Below, in pieces: positions 52,660-64,000 of a DNA stretch of 64,000 nt. The DNA lies in assembly GCF_006345805.1 (NCBI RefSeq), contig NC_043004.1, positions 70,246,001 to 70,310,000 on the forward strand, given 5' to 3'. Position numbers and translations under genes: made by a program. Positions within the stretch are counted from its first letter, which is position 1; every line of letters starts with the position of its first letter. Origin of the DNA: Octopus sinensis. Taxonomy: Eukaryota. Under the pieces are notes generated by a model. The model was not told the DNA's origin. It did no database searches and saw only the letters and a list, made by a program, of their open reading frames with translations.

Positions 52660-53723
52660 CAATGTACATACACAAATAACTATTCACACACAAAACTCAT
52701 TCTACCACTTAACATGAGGAACCTACACTGCTAACAACCTAAACTTTAGCCACTGGACTACATATAAACAGCTCCTGTCTACTCTCTCACCAGACAGATT
52801 AAATTTTGAGTGTCTTGATTGTAACTAAACATATTCATTCAACTGTGTCAGCCTTCATTTTAGGTGCAAAATATACTGCCACATGACACTGATGCACGGA
52901 TATAGTAGGAAACATACAGAAGGTTCTAAACTTAATCACATGTTCATTGCCTATAAAACACTTGACAGAAAACATTCAGAGCATTGATTGTTTAGTACTA
53001 CCACTAGACTTGTTCAGTCAACCATGTCAGCCTTAACTTAGGATGCTAAAGATTGTCACTTGATCTGGTGTAGCATGAGCCAGTTAAATAAACCCTAGGC
53101 CTTAAGAGTAAGCTAGGAAGAGTAGAAAACTTGTAGAGTAAACTATAAATAAGCCAGAAGGAAGCAACAGGCACCACAACTGTATCTTTTCCAAAAAGAC
53201 TTATGAATATTTAGACTTTGGTATGGAGGTCTATGGCTTAGTGGTTAGGGTGCTGGACTCATGATTGTAATGTTGTGGTTTTGATACCTGGACCGGGTGA
53301 TGCTTTGTGTTCTTGAACAAAACTCTTAATTTCATGTTGCTCCTGTCCAAAAATAAGTAATCCTGCAGTTGGCCAGCAGACCATCCAGGTGGGGAACTTA
53401 TACGCTATGAAACCGACCCTTATGAGTCAGTATGACTCAAGAAGGTAACTTCTTTTTTTAGGTTCATAATTGCTGATGACTATTAGCTTGACAAATAGAG
53501 AGAGAGAGGGGGAGGGGCAGTGAGCTGGCAGAAACATTAGCATGCAAGGTGAACAGCTTAGCAGTATTTCGTCTGCCGTTACATTCTGAGTTCAAACTCC
53601 GCCGAGGTTGACTTTGTCTTACATCCTTTCGGGGTCGATTAAGTAAGTACCAGTTATGCACTGGGGCCGGTGTAATTGACTTGTACCCTCTATGTTTAGC
53701 CCCTGTGGACAATAAAGAGAGAG

Positions 53724-53770
<47 letters not shown>

Positions 53771-54227
53771 ATTCAAGTGTCTCCTGAAAACACAGCACTG
53801 TAAAATATGAAAGAAGGGTTTATTTTCTGATTTTCTGAGTTTAAAACCTGTTACAGTTGATTTTGATTCTCATCTCTATAGCATAAGAAAAAAATACCAA
53901 TAAAATACCAATAAGTCTTTCATAAGGACTCCTTCAGTTAAACATGCCGAACACCATCACAATTCTGTTGCTTTGCACTGTTTCCTACCTCACTGCAGCA
54001 TCATTATCACAGAGATCATTATAAGCAAGATCATGAGCTGAATATTCCATTCTCATCTTTTACATCACAGTAAATAATGAGAGAAGGGTTTACAGTTAGA
54101 AATGCCATGCCAAGTGTGAATCTCAAACCAGTGGTTCTAAGACATACTGGGCTATAGGATAATCTCCTCTTTTGTACATGCTCTGGGTGGGTTTTACTGA
54201 ATGTTACAAGCATGAGGGTCTCTGCGT

Positions 54228-54282
<55 letters not shown>

Positions 54283-54526
54283 TGAGAGAGTGTCTTTGTG
54301 TGTAGGTGAGAGAGATGATGTCAGAATGAGACAGAGAAAGTGACAGAAAGAGTTATATGTACTCTTGACCTCATCTACAATAGTGACTCAGCAACTGGCT
54401 GTATGGTGGTTTATAGTATGTTTTATAGTATGTCGTAGGTGTTGTATTGATTTATACACACACATGCGCATGCATACACACACACATGCACACACAAGCA
54501 CACACACTCACACACACACACACACA

Positions 54527-54566
<40 letters not shown>

Positions 54567-54904
54567 CAACACAGATTGATAGCCATAATCATAAACCTAT
54601 GAACTCTCACAAGTAGCCATAAACAGAGGCACAGATTTACACACACACAGTGCATAGAAGGGGTGTCTGTTTTATGCACACACACACATAAACACACATA
54701 TACACACACATACAGAGGGTGTGCTGGGTATTTGAGAATAAAGCAACAAACTTCCAGAAAAATAGCACACACATTCAACAGATTTAACTAGATACATCCA
54801 AGAAATAGGCCAGTCATTCAACAAAACTGCCCTCGGTGCCAACAATGGGCCTTAGTACAGCTACAGAATCAATTACGTGTTACAATCAGGTGATCCCCTA
54901 TCTA

Positions 54905-55278
54905 CAAGGGGGTGCTGAAAAGTCACTGGCTGTAAGGGCATCACAGAAGGCCTGACTGGAGACCCAACTTTCCAGGTTGTTGATCCTACTATTGTCTGAC
55001 ATTACATTAGGATATAAGTGCTGAATGTGAAATATGAGATTAAACATTTAGCTTTCTTCCAGGTCATCTCCCCAGACAGCCACCCCACAGCTACAAAGGG
55101 GAGCTGAAAAGTTCCTGGCTTTAAGGCCCGGTTGGAGCTCTTTCACAGGGTTTAGAAAAACTAAAGGACCACTGCAATAAATGAATCTGAGACGGGAATA
55201 CGTTAAGTAAAATCATAATTAACTGATCTTCCTACATTTTCTTTTACCCAAAGCCATGAACTTTTCAGCACTCTCTTG
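54905..55278 (+). mobile_element. Mariner-derived MITE (second family)
   Basis: TA|caagggggtgctgaaaagt ... acttttcagcactctcttg TIRs, an internal second TIR copy at about 55094, and residual transposase tail LEKLKDHCNK..LRxEYV. Confidence 0.65.
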
Positions 55279-56900
55279 AATGCTACCTACCATGCTCACA
55301 ACAGAAGTCACTGAGAATTCTTGATATTGTAAGGCCACCGGTCAGTTACCCCTACCCAAACAATGCCGCAGACACAGTAGTCCAGAAGGTTCTAATCAGA
55401 AGAACAGGCTGCCATCAATACATATACATATATATAGTGAGAGGTGGTACCATGTGCACCAGCTTGGCTACAGTCCAAAGACTGCAATCAGTAAAATAAG
55501 GATTTCAGTTATTTATAATAATAAGGATTTCACATACATAACCTAGCAACTGTTTACAGGGCTTATTTCATGATCCCAGGGACACAATCTTACTCTGCAG
55601 TGACCTGGGTAAGCTTCCTTTCCCATAACCAAAGATGTAGCAAAGTCATGTAAGAAAATTTATGTAGAGGAGAAATGTGTGGAAAACTTGGATAAGGCAT
55701 ACATAGTGTCATGTTGACTCTGTATGTGGAGTACTCAGTCACTTGAAATGTTATACAATGAATTGGTACTTCAATAATAAAATGAAACTAGATGATAAAT
55801 ATATTGATATCCAAGCAAGAGTCAATCTTCACCACACACACACACGCATAACTATATTGGCTTCAAATTTTTGGCACAAAGCCAGTAGTTTCAGGGGAGG
55901 GTAAAGTTGATTATATCGACCCCAGTGCACAACTAGTACTTATTTTATTGACCCCGAGAGGATGAAAGGCAAAGTCAACTTCAGTAGATTTTGAACTCAG
56001 AACTTAAGGACAGACAAAATGCCACAAAGCATTTTGCCTGGCATGCTAACAGTTCTGCCCGCTTGCTGCCTTCGCACCATATCTATTCATTCCTGTTCAC
56101 TCACCAAGAAGCAATAAAGTCCATTTCCGTCATTTTGATGTTGACGGTTTTTTCAGAATTCTCTGCACAAAATGCTTTTGGACAGTGAGTAAGGCAGTTG
56201 GCATAGTTCCCCCTTACCAGACTGCCTCTCTGGGCCTCCATACCAAATACCAAGTTGGTACAAAAGTGCAATGAATATGGTCAATGATGCAACTGCCCTG
56301 CAGTAGCAGCTTACTTGCTGGTTGACACCCAACTGTTGTTTGACAGTACAGATCTTCCGTCTGACTACAATAATTTTCAAGCTGTTGGTCCAGGACTCCT
56401 TGCCTTGTCAGAAATCTAACGTCCAGCTGCCAACATCTTCACCATATCCCTGGTGTGGGATGCTAAAAGGTCACAAGCATTTGCCAAAGGTGCTATCCCA
56501 GGAAGGACAGAAGGAACAACTACTCTTCCTTTTACAGCCTTCCCTAATGTGGGTACCATATTGTACCAATAAAGGTAGAGTGTTATTTAATAAACTGAAT
56601 GGCTCACAAATGCCAGTACTCCAAATTTAACATCTCTGATCTTTCAGCTGATAAGCTAAGTCTGTAGCTTTTTAAATCATTGAATGTTTGTATGTTTTCA
56701 CATGCTATATGAAAGTATGCCACAAAAATGCATATCTTTTAAAAATGTAATGCAAATATTAGTTTATATGATTGTGTGGTAAGAAATCTGCTTCCCAACC
56801 ACAGGATGTCAAGTTCAGTTTCAAGTTCCAGATTGACCAAAGCCTTGGGAGTGGATTTGGTAAGATGCAAACTTTTGATTATATATATATATATATATAT

Positions 56901-57207
56901 AATCAAAATAAGCAACAAGGATATCCAGAGGTAATGCAGTATGATTGTTTCAAGCAGCAATGCAATCATTCTAAGCTGAAGTGAAGACAGCATGTTCTGT
57001 GTCTATCTCCTTAACTTCTTGGAGGTTTTAGGTAAAATTATACTAATGTGTCCATCTGTTTTAATTTAATTTAATTCTATGTCTTTATGCAGCTGAGGAT
57101 TGCTCTACATTTAAATTGATGTAGTGATTGCATTGTTCAATTAAATGAAGTTGCTTGAAATGGTCATACTGCATTACCTCTGGATATCCTTGTTGCTTAT
57201 TTTGATT
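56901..57207. mobile_element. MITE-like element with perfect 44-bp terminal inverted repeats
   Basis: aatcaaaataagcaacaaggatatccagaggtaatgcagtatga (56901-56944) is the exact reverse complement of 57164-57207; imperfect pairing continues inward. Confidence 0.8.
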
Positions 57208-57288
57208 TTAATCACATTATTTTGAAATTGTATGGATAATACCATACTAAATCCTGGTGCCTCAACTTAGGTATCTAATTCATCTGAA

Positions 57289-57356
<68 letters not shown>

Positions 57357-58201
57357 AATATACATAGATATATTATTTTTCTCCACCTTGTTTTGCACCT
57401 ATGTACTCGTATGTGCGTGTGCGTGTGTGTGTGTGTTACTCTCTCCTTGACTTGACATCATGTGACAGTCGTAAGAGAATACAATCAGAATTCTTTGTTT
57501 TCATAATCTGCTGCGAAAAACATGTCTGGCCATGGTGGAGATATTACCTTGCTTGGAAATTGGTCATGGAATGGATACAGGAAGGGCATCTGGCTGTAGA
57601 AAATTCCACCTCTGCCCAGTCCATGTCAGCATGGAAAAGTGGACGTTAAAACAATGATGATGATGATGACAAAGACAACGATGACAATGATAATGATGAT
57701 GATGATCATGATGATCATGAAATCGGTATGAAACAAATAGTCAAAGAGTGGACAGTTTACAGCTAGTGACTGGATACTGCATTGTGTCTGTGACTAAGAA
57801 TCAACTCCCAAATGACCCAGACAAAGCAACTATAAAGAACCACCTTTGGCTCACTTGCAAACTGTCTGGCTTGTAGGGCCTCTCTTATTATAAAGTAATG
57901 ACTGCACTATAAAATCAATACTGAGCAGAGAGCTAGCCTTAGCTTGCTGTAGTGAGTTCAGTCCCTTTAGAATATGCAGTATGGCAGTGTTTCTCAACCG
58001 GGGTTCCCTGGAAGCCTAGGGTTCCACAAAAGGTTCCTAGGATTTCCGCAAGAAAGTATGAGATGAGCTAATGCTAATTTCATGACCGTAATATTACTAT
58101 ACATGCACAACGTATTATTGGTTATTGTAATATTGTAATATAGACATCATCATATCTAACCGATTATGTTATCAAAAAATATAACCATATATATACATAT
58201 A

Positions 58202-58238
<37 letters not shown>

Positions 58239-58406
58239 TATTTACCATGTGAACTATGATGAAAAAATATGAGAAAGATATGGTATATAATTTTTTTTGT
58301 GCAAGGGTTCCTTGAGACATGTAATTTCAGTTCTATATTTAAGAGATGAGGAATTATGTACATTATTTACATTTAACAGATATTTGTCCTCATCTTGTTT
58401 GTTGCT

Positions 58407-58452
58407 AACACAATGTTTCAGCTGATATTCCCTCCAGCCTTCTTCAGGTGTC
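58407..58452 (-). ncRNA. Minimal type I hammerhead ribozyme (near-intact core)
   Basis: Minus strand GACAC-CTGAAGA-A-GGCTG-gagggaatat-CAGCT-GAA-ACAT-T-GTGTT. Core boxes are intact; stem III palindrome ACGT has decayed to ACAT. Confidence 0.65.
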
Positions 58453-58497
58453 CTGGGGAAATTTCTAACCTGGGTTCTCATTCCTAAGGTATTTTTC

Positions 58498-58528
<31 letters not shown>

Positions 58529-58555
58529 GTAATAATAATAATAATAACAATAATA

Positions 58556-58631
<76 letters not shown>

Positions 58632-58683
58632 CAACATTGAAAAATACCTTAGGAATGAGAAATCAGGTTCGAAATTTCCCCAA

Positions 58684-58729
58684 GACACCTGATGAAGGCT
58701 GGAGGGTATATCAGCCAAAATGTTGTGTT
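58684..58729 (+). ncRNA. Minimal type I hammerhead ribozyme remnant (G12 lost)
   Basis: GACAC-CTGATGA-A-GGCTG-gagggtatat-CAGCC-AAA-ATGT-T-GTGTT; ancestral ccGAAAcgt appears decayed at two CpGs. Confidence 0.6.
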
Positions 58730-60668
58730 AACAACAAACAAGACGAGGACAAATATCTGTCAAATGTAAATAATGTAAATAATGGACATGTAATTTATTT
58801 TAAGGGTTACGCAATGGTAAAAAGGTTGAGAAACACTGCAGTATGGACAGTGATGACCTATCCTATCCAGATGGTTCTCATCCTATTGTATCTTGTTGCC
58901 CCACTTTCACCAAACGGTGATTTACACAAATACTCCCTTTCCATATTCTGCAAAATAATTAAATATGTAAATATGTATAGGTGCAGGAGTGGCTGTGTGG
59001 TAAGTAGCTTGCTAACCAACCACATGGTTCCAGGTTCAGTCCCACTGCGTGGCATCTTCGGCAAGTGTCTTCTGCTATAGCCTCGGGCCGACCAAAGCCT
59101 TGTAAGTGGATTTGGTAGTCGGAAACTGAAAGAAGCCTGTCGTATATATGTATATATATATAAGTGTGCGCGTATATGTTTGTGTGTCTGTGTTTGTCCC
59201 CTAAACATTGCTTGACAACTGATGCTGGTGTGTTTACGTCCCCATCACTTAGCGGTTCGGCAAAACAGACCAATAGAATAAGTACTGGGCTTACAAAGAA
59301 TAAGTCCCGGGGTCGATTTGCTCGACTAAAGGTGGTGCTCCAGCATGGCCGCAGTCAAATGACTGAAAACAAGTAAAAGAGAAATGCAAATAAAAACAGC
59401 TGATTATTTTAATTAAACAAAAGCTAATTGTGTGCATTACATTTGACATAGTAATCTGAATGCTAAAGGGTTAAGTACTCTGCAGAAAGTTGAAATCCTA
59501 AGTAGGGTCTCTGAGACTTTATAAGGGATAAGGTTTACTAGCTAATAAAAAAACATATACATACATGTGCACACAAACAGATATCATATGTACCTTTAAC
59601 TGTTTGGACAGTATGCATTTATTTATGCATATGTAATACGTGCAGGTGTGACTATTTGTGTGATTAAGGGGCTTGCTTCCCAATGATGTGGTCTTGGCTC
59701 TGTGCAGAACCTTGTGCAATTATCTTCTACTATAGCCCAGGGCTGATCAAAGCCTTGTGAGTGGGTTTGGTTGAAAGAAACTGAAAGAAGCCCATCATGC
59801 GTGTGCATGTATGTGTGTATATGCATGAACATGCACCTGCATGTGTACCCTTGTCTGGACATCACATGATTGTAATAAAGGGACATTACCATCATACAAA
59901 CAATGTTGTTCATTTCCAGTCTTCCATGTGGAACATCCCTGGTCGTTTGTAAATATCAACTTGCTTGGAAACAGGAAGGGCATCCAGCAGTAGAAAATCT
60001 GCCTCAACAAATTCCATCTGGCCCAGGCAAGCTTGGGAAAAGGGGATGTTGACTAATGATCACGTAGTAAAAATAAATTATGAAGAACACTAACGAATAC
60101 CATTTAAAATATAAGATGAACTGCATGTATAATTTAAAGGACCAATCTTGTCACACACTGTATTGCACCAATTCATCCTCAGGAGAATATTAAGGGTCAC
60201 CTGCTTTTGTCTACTTAATTACTCAAATGATTACGCCATAATACAGGATGGGATTGTACTGTAATTCAAAGGGCCAGCCTTGCCAAATACATTCACACAC
60301 AGTGTCATGCTCTGGATTACTTCAATATTTATAAATTAATAAGTGAAAGAAACAATGTGGATGTCTACTAGATGGACTATACCTGGGGTTTCAAAGAGAC
60401 AGACTCGCATCACAGTATAAGACTGATTACAGCTGAAGATTATGTGGAATGGCCACATTAAGGCTTGTGGTTATGAGGTGGATCATGATAGCAACAGTGG
60501 ATGGTATAAGGTCAGATTAACCAATCAACAGGTAGAGAAACAGGGGAGTGAGATGATTGGGTGCAGCTGTTTGGATGCTGACGATTTGGCATGGCTGACT
60601 GGACATTCAAACTGTGTTGGCAATAATACTTTTGGGCACTGGATGCAAGCACACATGTGTGCACACAG

Positions 60669-60746
<78 letters not shown>

Positions 60747-60896
60747 TAGAGAGAGTTAGACAGACAGACAGACAGATAGACATTGCACCTATTTGTTGAG
60801 TGCAATTGACATGAACACTTTCCTTCTCATATGCATAAGAGAAATATGGTCACACACATAAACAGATGGATAGATAGATAGAAAGCTAGAAGATAG

Positions 60897-60970
<74 letters not shown>

Positions 60971-62798
60971 AAATGTCTCATATCAAATAAGTCAGTGTGA
61001 AATCAGCAATATCAATTTGTGCCAAAACAGCAGTGCCAGAACATCTCCTACCCATGAAATGGAGGTCAATGAGTTTAGGGTTCACCTCTCTTTCCTGGGG
61101 TGAAGTGAGGAATAGAGGAATAAACAGCTAATCGGGTTACTGACTCACTAAAGAATAAACTTAGAAAGGGAAATGGAAAAAGGTGAAAGGAACAGAGAGG
61201 AAATGTGGAGGTGAGAAATTTACACAGACAAGAACAGGTTTACGTATGATGTTGGCATTAGGAAGGGCATCCAGCTGTAGAGACTCTGCCAGATCAGACT
61301 GGAGCCTGGTGCAGCCCCTGGCTTCCCAGACCCCGGACGTTAAACGATGATGATGATGATGTTTCTGTTACATTGTGCCATTGCATGCGCACTTGCTACA
61401 GAATTTGTGTGTGTATACTTGCCTGATTTTAACATATTTATAAGGAAACGGTGTACAAAACAGCTATTTAAATGCATAAATAATGCCAAAATTAAATATT
61501 GTTCTCTCCTGCATCAAATTATTTAGAAAAATAAACTTATCATTAATAGAATCATTGCCATTTTGAGATTTTAGCATTCAAACTGACCATGTCTGGCTGA
61601 AATATTTTACCTGTTTTATGTTCAAACTAGCTAGATCTGACTTCTTGCACCTACCCTACAATGTCGCTCCTAAAAATATACAATCATGTCATTGAAATAT
61701 GGAACCTATGTGATAATGCATAATTAATTCAAAATAATGTGAATAAATAAACATTACATTTAACAGAGTAATCTCAGTGTCAAATGGTTAAGGAATGGAC
61801 ATCCTATGCAGTTGCCCAAGGGCTCCACAAATTTAGGGGTCCAGTGCTAAACTATATATACTGTGGCTGTGAGTGTAGTGGACCTAATGCATTGCTTTAA
61901 CTGGAAGTTTATAATGCTGCGAAGACAAACCTGAACAAAATTGGAAATTTAACAAAGGAATACAAAAGAAAAACGATTTCCTGCAACAGTATTTTGCTCA
62001 GATCTACTCATTCATCACTGTTTAACGTCCGTTTTCCATGCTAGCATGGTTTGGTCGGTTCGACTGGGGTCTGGGAAGCAAGGAGGCTGCACCAGGCTCC
62101 AGTCTGATCTGGCAGTGTTTCTACAGCTGGATGCCCTTCCTAGCACCAACCACTCCATGAGTGTAGTCACTCTGTGACTACACTCACAAGTAAAAAAGAG
62201 AGAAAAATATATTACAAAGGAGTGAAAAACACCAAAAAAATTTCTCCATTGTAATGCAAGGTGTAAATTATTTCTTGGTAGCAAATTTCTAAACATGAAG
62301 CAAAAAAAGGAAAAAACTCCTCCTTTGTGTGCATCTCAAAGAATAAGAATTGTCACACACACACACACAAAATATACACATATACAGGCAAAATGTGGGA
62401 CCAAATCTGTCTAAGAAGGCAGTAACTCCCGATAAGAACCAACTCAGGCCATATATGAAGACCATTATTGAAACTATATGCACATCCCAACAATTCTATC
62501 AAATAAACAAAACCCTTTCACCCTTCATGCTTGGTGCATTCACTACTTTCTATTTAACAGTGACTACTTCTGCTACCAACAACAGATTTTTGTCTTTAGA
62601 CAGATAGCATGTGTGTCATATAGATAGATACAGTTTATATACATTCTTTTATTATTAAATTGTAGAAATTACATAGTGATTCAGGAGTTTAAAGTTTCAT
62701 GCAGTGACACTAACCAAACTCTGATATCTTTTGCTGATTAATAATGCAAAAATATACTCATATTTTGAATTCTATTTTCCTATTTATATATATATATA

Positions 62799-62836
<38 letters not shown>

Positions 62837-62837
<1 letters not shown>

Positions 62838-63032
62838 AGTAATCTCTCATCATATCGTGGTTCACCTATCGCACAGTCAGTACATCACGGAGTTTCCTGG
62901 CTGATATATGAAAATTTATATCGTGGACTCCTCAGTATATCTGGATTTCTGCAGCCGATATTTTTTTAGATTTTTATTATTTGTGTGGGAGGTTTGGAAG
63001 CTAACACCCGCAATAGACAAGGGATTACTTTG
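62837..63032. mobile_element. Tigger/pogo-like MITE
   Basis: TA|cagtaatctctcatcatatcgtgg ... ccgcaatagacaagggattactttg|TA: degenerate CAGTAATCCCT-type TIRs with TA flanks. Confidence 0.6.
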
Positions 63033-63485
<453 letters not shown>

Positions 63486-64000
63486 TTTAAAATGTATAGA
63501 TAGACAGAGAGGTGTATAAATAGTAATACTTACATAATGCCATTTCTTATACTTAGAGCTTAAAACACAAAAGACAACACGAAACTAGAACAGCCGCAAC
63601 GACAGCATCAAGGACAAATATGAAACTATGAGCAAAGTGTGTTATGTTACATAAGGCAGCTCCATAGAATATTCATATCCGTATCATCATCCGTCTGGAT
63701 GTGACAACACGGTACCTACAGATACTGAATCAATGAAAGGAAGATGAAGATGAGGAAGTGAAGAAAAGAGAAAGAGAGGGGGTTATTGAAGGGGGAATGG
63801 AAAGGGGGAACAGCAGTAATAACAACAACAACAACAACTATAATAACAACTGGAACAACAATAACAGCTGAATTGAACTGAATGGAGGCGGCAGTTAGAA
63901 TACATGTGGCAGAACAGTTAAATTATCCGCCAAAATTTGTACACAGATTGTATTACCAAATTCAAGACACTCCCATCTCCCCCATTGCTATACTCCTTCT

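Larger units (their letters stand above)
58328..58784. mobile_element. Palindromic Penelope-type insertion with 12-bp TSD and two minimal hammerheads
   Basis: TSD gacatgtaattt at 58316-58327 and 58785-58796. Arms 58353-58500 and 58636-58783 are inverted around an (AAT)n(GAT)n(AAT)n spacer. Confidence 0.8.
57985..58838. mobile_element. hAT-superfamily MITE with 8-bp TSD, carrying a nested insertion
   Basis: Perfect 15-bp TIR CAGTGTTTCTCAACC / GGTTGAGAAACACTG; TSD CAGTATGG at 57977-57984 and 58839-58846. Confidence 0.92.

Noticed and set aside
52870-52915. ctgatgc...gaaacat as a further hammerhead
   Set aside because: Core has C in place of the conserved A9 and no stem II can be formed.

Overview
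AT-rich, microsatellite-dense animal genomic DNA. The SINE and RTE-LINE families look like those of Octopus; this is inferred from family resemblance, not from a search. The only host coding sequence I can support is one large minus-strand exon (8816->6074, CDS 8800->6074, 909 codons) with a canonical acceptor and donor. It encodes the N-terminus of a probable PEAK1/Pragmin-family pseudokinase scaffold; its downstream exons are not identifiable in the window. The rest looks intronic or upstream and is filled with mobile elements: two young RTE LINE copies and older RTE fragments, an R4/Dong-type fragment at a TAA tract, Penelope-like pieces, two near-identical non-autonomous Helitrons, a Helentron/DINE-like element, mariner, Tigger-like and hAT MITEs, several tRNA-headed SINE families and a 28-bp higher-order minisatellite. 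The most notable observations are (i) palindromic, Penelope-type insertions whose arms carry recognisable but decayed type I hammerhead ribozymes (9.5 kb, 58.4 kb, weaker at 52 kb), (ii) a candidate recursive splice site with a 29-nt RS-exon on the gene strand at 47.7 kb, and (iii) an abrupt identity gradient between the two RTE copies. Almost all short ORFs in the supplied track are microsatellite or repeat artefacts.
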